A DNA stretch of 64,000 nucleotides, taken from positions 1 to 64,000 of the forward strand of contig CBDANQ010000049.1 of assembly GCA_965197725.1 (NCBI GenBank), in the 5' to 3' direction. The notes beneath the pieces were generated by a model. That model was given only the letters and a program-made list of their open reading frames with translations. It was not told where the DNA came from and searched no databases. Below are positions 58,571 to 64,000 of this stretch, piece after piece (the stretch's first letter is position 1; every line of letters begins with the position of its first letter). Position numbers and translations under genes: made by a program. This DNA comes from Longimicrobiales bacterium (GTDB lineage: Bacteria > Gemmatimonadota > Gemmatimonadetes > Longimicrobiales > Gaopeijiaceae).

Positions 58571-60031
58571 GTGGCCTCGAAGTCCGAAATTTTCAGTTCG
58601 CGGTGGGGAATGTTGCTCGCCATGCTCGGCATGGCGGTGGGTACGGGTAACATCTGGCGCTTCCCGCGCATCGCCGCGAGCAACGGGGGAGGTTCGTTCC
58701 TGGTTGCGTGGGTCGTCTTCCTGCTCCTGTGGTCGGTTCCCCTGCTCATCCTCGAATTCGCGATGGGGAAGGGGACGCGGCAGGGTGCGATCGGGGCGTT
58801 CGTGAAGACTCTGGGGCCGAAGTTCGCCTGGATGGGCGCGTTCATCGTGTTCGTCGCGACGGCGATCATGTTCTACTACAGCGTCGTGATGGGGTGGACG
58901 ATCCGATTCTTCGTCGGCACCCTGACCGGTGAGGTGCCTGGCGCGACGCCGAGCGTGTTCTGGGACTCCTTCCACTCGACCCCGGGTGCGCTCGTCACGC
59001 ACGTCATCGCGATGGCAATGGGGGTCTTCGTCGTCGCGAAGGGCGTGAAGGGGATCGAAACCGCAGCCAAGGTCCTGATCCCGAGTCTCATCGTCCTGGT
59101 CATGGTGCTCGCCCTCCGCGCGGTCACCTTGCCAGGAGCGAGCGCGGGGCTCGCCTTTCTCTTTACACCCGACTGGGCCGCGCTCGGCAACTTTCAGATC
59201 TGGATCGAAGCGCTCACGCAAAACGCTTGGGATACGGGCGCGGGGTGGGGGCTGGTGCTCACATACGCGGTGTACATGCGAGCGAACGAAGACACAGCGC
59301 TCAATGCGTTCGTGATCGGCTTTGGCAACAACGCGATGTCCCTACTCGCGGGAATCATGGTCCTGTGCACCGTCTTTTCGGTCATGCCCGAGGCCGCGAA
59401 CGAGATCGTCGGAGCGGGGAACGAGGGCCTGACGTTCATCTGGGTGCCCCAGCTCTTCACGCGTATTCCGGGCGGACGCTTCTTCCAGGCGCTCTTCTTT
59501 CTCGCTCTCGTCTTCGCGGCGTGGACGAGCCTGGTTGCGATGATCGAGCTCGCGAGCCGAGTCCTGATGGATCTGGGCATGACGCGCGGGCGCGCGATCG
59601 GCATCGTGGGAACGGCTGGCGTGCTCTTCGGCATACCGAGTGCGCTCAAGCTCGAAGTCTTCCAGAACCAGGACTGGGTGTGGAGCGTTGCGCTCATGCT
59701 CGCCGGCTTCTTCTTTGCGTTCGCGGTGCTGCGCTACGGTGTGAGCAAGTGGCGGGAGACCTTCATCAACCACGAAGGCTCGGATATCCACATCGGGGCC
59801 TGGTGGGATTGGGCGATGCGCCTGGTCGCGGTGGAAGCCGTCGTGCTCGCGGCCTGGTGGCTCTGGGGAGCGCGCACCGACGATTTGCGTGAGACTTGGA
59901 CACTGTTCAGCCCCTACAACGTCGGCTCCGTACTGATGCAATTCGGGATCGTGCTCGTCGTGGTCGTCCTAGCGAACGACTGGCTTGCGGTCCGGGTGCG
60001 GGAGCGCCGTACGATGCACGACGAGGCCTGA
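58571..60031 (+). CDS. Sodium-dependent transporter, NSS/SNF family
   Basis: GMAVGTGNIWRFP, NGGGSF, EFAMG; multiple TM segments. Confidence 0.93.
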   Translation: MASKSEIFSSRWGMLLAMLGMAVGTGNIWRFPRIAASNGGGSFLVAWVVFLLLWSVPLLILEFAMGKGTRQGAIGAFVKTLGPKFAWMGAFIVFVATAIMFYYSVVMGWTIRFFVGTLTGEVPGATPSVFWDSFHSTPGALVTHVIAMAMGVFVVAKGVKGIETAAKVLIPSLIVLVMVLALRAVTLPGASAGLAFLFTPDWAALGNFQIWIEALTQNAWDTGAGWGLVLTYAVYMRANEDTALNAFVIGFGNNAMSLLAGIMVLCTVFSVMPEAANEIVGAGNEGLTFIWVPQLFTRIPGGRFFQALFFLALVFAAWTSLVAMIELASRVLMDLGMTRGRAIGIVGTAGVLFGIPSALKLEVFQNQDWVWSVALMLAGFFFAFAVLRYGVSKWRETFINHEGSDIHIGAWWDWAMRLVAVEAVVLAAWWLWGARTDDLRETWTLFSPYNVGSVLMQFGIVLVVVVLANDWLAVRVRERRTMHDEA

Positions 60032-60067
60032 TCAGGCCACCATCGGATTCGAGCATGGAGTTCGAGC

Positions 60068-60802
60068 ATGGAGTTCGAGGCGTTCGAGGCTGCGGCCCGC
60101 GCCGCCTACCAAGAGATTCCCGACGCGTTCAAGAGAGGCGTCGGCGGGCTCGTGGTGAGCCGCGAAGCGTTGGCCCACCCCGAGCACCCCGACGTCTTCA
60201 CCCTGGGGCACTGCCTGACCGAGGACCACCCCTCGGACTACGGAAGTCCGGACACCACGCGCTCCGTCATCGCCCTCTATTGGGGCTCGTTTCGTCAATT
60301 GGCGAGGCGAGACCCCAGCTTCGATTGGGACGAAGAGTTGTGGCAGACGCTCACCCACGAGCTGCGCCACCATATCGAGTCCCTGGCCGGTGAGGCCGAC
60401 CTCGAGGGCGTCGACTACGCTGCCGACGAGACGTTCAAGCGGGACGAGGGGCTCGACTTCGATCCCTGGTACTACCAACAGGGGGATGCTGTGGCTCCCG
60501 GCACGTTTCGCGTGGAGAACAGTTGGTACCTCGAGCAGTCCTGGACCTCCGGAGCTTTCGAACGCGCGACCCACCTCGACTTCGAATGGGACGGGGTCGC
60601 GCTGCGGGTACCGCGGCCCGACGCACTCGGCGACGTGCATTTCGTGTGGATCCATCGTGTCGAGCTAGAGCAGGCGACGCTCGAGCTCGTGTTATTGCGA
60701 AACCGCACCTGGTGGGAGGATGTGAAACGGTTGGCTGGAGCCTCACGACCGGTCGTATACGAGTCGGAGGCCGAGGCGGAACCCGCCACCGGCGCGGGGT
60801 AG
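60068..60802 (+). CDS. Zincin-like metallopeptidase family protein
   Basis: IALYWGSF...TLTHELRHH (HExxH). Confidence 0.82.
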   Translation: MEFEAFEAAARAAYQEIPDAFKRGVGGLVVSREALAHPEHPDVFTLGHCLTEDHPSDYGSPDTTRSVIALYWGSFRQLARRDPSFDWDEELWQTLTHELRHHIESLAGEADLEGVDYAADETFKRDEGLDFDPWYYQQGDAVAPGTFRVENSWYLEQSWTSGAFERATHLDFEWDGVALRVPRPDALGDVHFVWIHRVELEQATLELVLLRNRTWWEDVKRLAGASRPVVYESEAEAEPATGAG

Positions 60803-60812
60803 GGGGGCTGCA

Positions 60813-61598
60813 ATGACGCTCCACGACCTTTACGCCCGCCTGACGCCGTACGAGATCGCGTTCCAGGACCGGGCCGACGTGGAGGCGTTGATCGTCGAGA
60901 TCGCAGAGGAGGCTGAGAGGCGCGGCGCTGACCCGTCGAGCCCACAGGCGTTCATCACGATGGGTTCCGTGGGTGCTTTCGTGCGGGAGTTACAGGGGCC
61001 CGACGCTCCTCCCGAAACGATCCACCAGTACGGAACCCTGGTATTCCAGGCAGTCCATTTCACCGCTGCCGATTGCCCGCTGTATCTGCTCGGCATTCAC
61101 GCGTCTCGGTACCTCGTCGATGGGGTGCCGGACGGAGACCCGGTGCCTCCCACACCGGCGGGGTACCTGCAGCTACCTCAGCACCTGTTTTGGACCGTCG
61201 GCGGTGAAGCGGACACAGCCGAATCGATCGACGGCATGTTCTGGATGATCTCCGGGGCAGGTCTGCTTCACGTCCTGCTCGTCACCGGACTCCGTCCGGA
61301 CCGTCCAGGATTCGGCACGATTTCGCTGCCAGAGGCCCCGGTCGAGGAAGCCGGGGCGTGGCTCGACACCGACGCGCGGGAATCGGCCCCCGACTTCTCG
61401 AGCGCGCTTCCTGGCAGCGAGCTGGATGGGCTGTACTCCGTATGCGCGGCCGGAGAGGCGCTCAAGCTGCTCGCACGTTTTTTTGCGTACGCTTCGGCCG
61501 TACCGGGTGCGCTCCAGACCGTCGACGTACCTGTTCGGTGCGACGGTGTGCCTGCTCCCTCTGCCCTCTCCCACGTCCGGGTGACGCTGCATGCCTAG
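60813..61598 (+). CDS. Conserved hypothetical protein
   Basis: 261-aa ORF in operon spacing; overlaps the nth start. Confidence 0.7.
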   Translation: MTLHDLYARLTPYEIAFQDRADVEALIVEIAEEAERRGADPSSPQAFITMGSVGAFVRELQGPDAPPETIHQYGTLVFQAVHFTAADCPLYLLGIHASRYLVDGVPDGDPVPPTPAGYLQLPQHLFWTVGGEADTAESIDGMFWMISGAGLLHVLLVTGLRPDRPGFGTISLPEAPVEEAGAWLDTDARESAPDFSSALPGSELDGLYSVCAAGEALKLLARFFAYASAVPGALQTVDVPVRCDGVPAPSALSHVRVTLHA

Positions 61599-62241
61599 TG
61601 AGTCGAAGAGGGCCAAGACCGCGCGCGCGGCCGAGGCGTTCGACCTGTTGACGGAGGAGTACCCGGAAGCGCACTGCGAGCTCGACTTCGTCGACCCCTT
61701 TCAGCTGGGCGTGGCGACGATTCTGTCCGCGCAGACGACCGACGTGCGCGTCAACATGATCACTCCCGAACTGTTCAAGCGGTACGCCACGGCGGAGGCG
61801 CTCGCGAACGCCGCGCAACCAGACGTCGAGCAGATCGTAAAGTCGACCGGATTCTTCCGGAACAAGACCAAGAACATCATCGGGTTCGCGCGCGGGCTCA
61901 TGGCGGACCACGGTGGCGACGTACCGAAAACCATGGCGGAGCTTGCGGCATTGCCCGGAGTCGGGCGGAAGACCGCGAACGTGATCCTCGGCAGCGCCTT
62001 CGGTATCGACGAGGGAGTAGTGGTCGACACGCACGTGAAACGGCTCTCGACGCTGCTCCGCTTCACGAAGGAGAAGACGCCCGAGAAGGTCGAACAGGAC
62101 CTGATGGCGCTCTTCCCCAGGGAACGCTGGACGTTGCTGTCCCACCTGCTCATTTGGCACGGCCGCCGCGTGTGTGATGCGAAGCAGCCGAGGTGCGAAG
62201 CTTGCACGCTCTCAGGATTGTGCCCTTCGTCACGCGTGTAA
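61591..62241 (+). CDS. nth: Endonuclease III
   Basis: LSAQTTD, LPGVGRKTANV, VDTHV, CxxxxxxCxxCxxxxxC Fe-S motif. Confidence 0.97.
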   Translation: MPSESKRAKTARAAEAFDLLTEEYPEAHCELDFVDPFQLGVATILSAQTTDVRVNMITPELFKRYATAEALANAAQPDVEQIVKSTGFFRNKTKNIIGFARGLMADHGGDVPKTMAELAALPGVGRKTANVILGSAFGIDEGVVVDTHVKRLSTLLRFTKEKTPEKVEQDLMALFPRERWTLLSHLLIWHGRRVCDAKQPRCEACTLSGLCPSSRV

Positions 62242-62306
62242 GAAGGCTGTTGAAGAAGTACAGTGGGCCGCGCCATGTGCCCAACACGATCATGAAAGGA
62301 CACACG

Positions 62307-62876
62307 ATGCCCGACCGAGCACATGCCGTCGCCCTGCTGGAAGAGTGGGTCGATAACGAAGGCCTGCGGAAACACATGTACGCCGTCGAGGCCGCGGTGC
62401 GGCTCTACGCTCGCCTTCGCGGGGGAGACGAAGAGATGTGGGGCCTCGCCGGCCTGCTGCACGACCTCGACTGGGAGAAGTATCCGGAGAATCACCCCGT
62501 CACCGCCGTCGACCACCTGCGGGAGGCGGGATATCCCGAGCAGGTATTGCAGGCGATCCTCGCACACCGGTCCAGCTTTACCGGGGTCGAGCCGACGAGC
62601 GAGCTGGACAGGGTCCTGCTCGCGTGCGATGAGCTTTCCGGTCTCGTGTACGCCTGCTGCCTCGTGCGCCCGAACGGCATCGACGACCTCAAACCGAAGT
62701 CCGTGACGAAGAAGCTGAAGGACAAGACGTTCGCCGCCGGAGTGAGCCGGGACGAGGTCGCGCACGGGGTCGAGGTCATCGGTTTGGAGCGGAGCGAGCA
62801 CATCCAGAACGTGATCGACGGGCTGCGCAGCATCGCGGAGCGACTCGAGATTCGTGCCGAGGACCGGGCCGGTTGA
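62307..62876 (+). CDS. HD-domain protein
   Basis: LRKH, GLLHDLD, AILAH, DELSG, KKLKDKTFAAGV; GAAAGGA RBS. Confidence 0.9.
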   Translation: MPDRAHAVALLEEWVDNEGLRKHMYAVEAAVRLYARLRGGDEEMWGLAGLLHDLDWEKYPENHPVTAVDHLREAGYPEQVLQAILAHRSSFTGVEPTSELDRVLLACDELSGLVYACCLVRPNGIDDLKPKSVTKKLKDKTFAAGVSRDEVAHGVEVIGLERSEHIQNVIDGLRSIAERLEIRAEDRAG

Positions 62877-63369
62877 GGCTCCTTCACATGCGCCTCGCGT
62901 CCTTCGCCCCCGCCACCCTGATCGGGGTGTCCGCCTACGTTCACGCTGACCTACGCGATTCCTCCGACCTCAGTCGACTTTCCCGCCGTGGCCCCGGTCG
63001 ACATCCAGTTCGAGGTCGTCAACGGAACGATCCCGTGACGTGGGTCCGGGCGGCCGGCGAGCTCCCGGACGGCCTCGTTCTGAACTCGCTGGGTCAACTC
63101 CAGGGCGTAGCGCTCGAAGTCGGCTCGTTCAACATCCAGATGGTGGCCAGAGACGCACTTGGCCTCGTGGCCGAGGGCACGATCACGTTAGAGGTCGGGG
63201 ACCCCCAAAGGGCCGGGTGTCATCAATGGGACGATCATCAGTCCTATCAGCCTGGGCGCGGTAGTACTCGAACTGGGCGGAGCCGCCGATCGCGACCGTG
63301 GTGTACGCGGCCGGAGCGGACAACCTCCCCAAGCTGCTGACAGGGATCCTGGTTCAGCTGGAGGACTGA
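62873..63369 (+). pseudogene. Decayed Ig-like (He_PIG-type) domain protein
   Basis: PVTW...GELPDGLVLNSLGQLQG...GSF...ARDALG motif; the upstream part (LTYAIPPTSVDFPAVAPVDIQFEVVNG) is in a different frame. Confidence 0.55.
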
Positions 63370-63509
63370 CTTTCTCCGCTTGCAGCCCCACCCCCCTCTA
63401 GCGACCTTACGCGGGCCGTTTCACCGGACCCGCCATCCGGCCGGCCGGCCCCGCCAATCGCCGAGCATCACCAACCTCCGAGACCGCCCGCAGGGCGGGG
63501 GGCCAGCCC

Positions 63510-63638
63510 ATGACCACATCCACCTGGATCACGATGATCGTGGTGATGGTGTGCGTTTGGGGCGGCTTCTCCTGGGTGCTGCTCACCGCTATCCGAAAGG
63601 AGTCCGGGAAGAGCGCGTGCCACGACGCGACGACCTAG
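63510..63638 (+). CDS. MetS-like NSS transporter small subunit (42 aa)
   Basis: [31 protein letters not shown]: single TM with the WGG motif; below the ORF-track length cutoff. Confidence 0.7.
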   Translation: MTTSTWITMIVVMVCVWGGFSWVLLTAIRKESGKSACHDATT

Positions 63639-64000
63639 AGACCATTCTCATCCTGGGCTCCGGGCCGATCATCATCGGTCAAGCCTGCGAGTTCGACTAT
63701 TCGGGTACCCAAGCCGTGCGCGCCCTCAAGGAGGAGGGCTACCGCGTCGTACTGGTGAACTCGAATCCGGCGACGATCATGACGGATCCCGACATCGCTG
63801 ATCGCACCTATATCGAGCCCATCACCGCGGATTGGGTCGCGAAGGTCATCGAGCGCGAGAAGCCTGACGCGCTGCTACCGACGATGGGTGGTCAGACCGC
63901 TCTCAACGTCGCGATGGATCTGCACCGGGCAGGGATCCTGGAACAACATGGGGTCGAGCTGATCGGCGCGGATGAGCGCTCGATCGAGATGGCGGAGGAC
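63617..64000 (+). CDS. carB: Carbamoyl-phosphate synthase large subunit, 3'-partial
   Basis: [35 protein letters not shown]...[11 protein letters not shown]...[10 protein letters not shown]. Confidence 0.97.
   Translation, partial: MPRRDDLETILILGSGPIIIGQACEFDYSGTQAVRALKEEGYRVVLVNSNPATIMTDPDIADRTYIEPITADWVAKVIEREKPDALLPTMGGQTALNVAMDLHRAGILEQHGVELIGADERSIEMAED

Noticed and set aside
63370..63509. GC-rich leader before the MetS-like gene and carB as a riboswitch or PyrR attenuator
   Set aside because: No recognisable conserved motif and no U-tract terminator.

Overview
High-GC bacterial chromosomal window with mostly housekeeping gene order. The gene complement (SprA-like protein, Minf_1886-type protein, alpha2-type GlyRS) suggests Gemmatimonadota or a related FCB-group lineage; this is inference only. 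Positions 1-23.6 kb are one + strand run: dnaG (partial), Zn-ribbon protein, recJ, rsmD, coaD, a STAS/RsbW/RsbU module, rsmA, rex with a perfect Rex operator, DnaQ-like exonuclease, MBL hydrolase, thiolase, CAAX protease, hbd, acyl-CoA dehydrogenase, leucine dehydrogenase, glyA, nnr, thiL, plsC, eno, ftsB. A tRNA-Met (25447-25520) is followed by a decayed island: a tyrosine-integrase tail, then an internalin-like LRR lipoprotein flanked by imperfect direct repeats. Next come metH plus a bifunctional Hcy-methyltransferase/MTHFR gene under a SAM-II-like riboswitch with its own terminator, a DapF homologue with both catalytic Cys replaced by Ser, and lptFG divergent from a ~2040-aa SprA-like gene and comEA. 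The following type IV pilus locus is broken: pilB is frameshifted, IS1595-interrupted and partly deleted, and pilT is truncated. The rest holds an ECF sigma/anti-sigma/TonB-receptor/beta-barrel cluster, nfuA, glyQS, an NSS transporter, nth, an HD protein, a MetS-like small protein and the start of carB. Several genes survive only as deletion remnants (pta, integrase, pilB, pilT, cyanophycinase-like, Ig-domain protein). This points to ongoing genome erosion, although assembly artefacts cannot be excluded. No CRISPR array or rRNA was seen. All family assignments come from motif recognition by eye; no database search was run.
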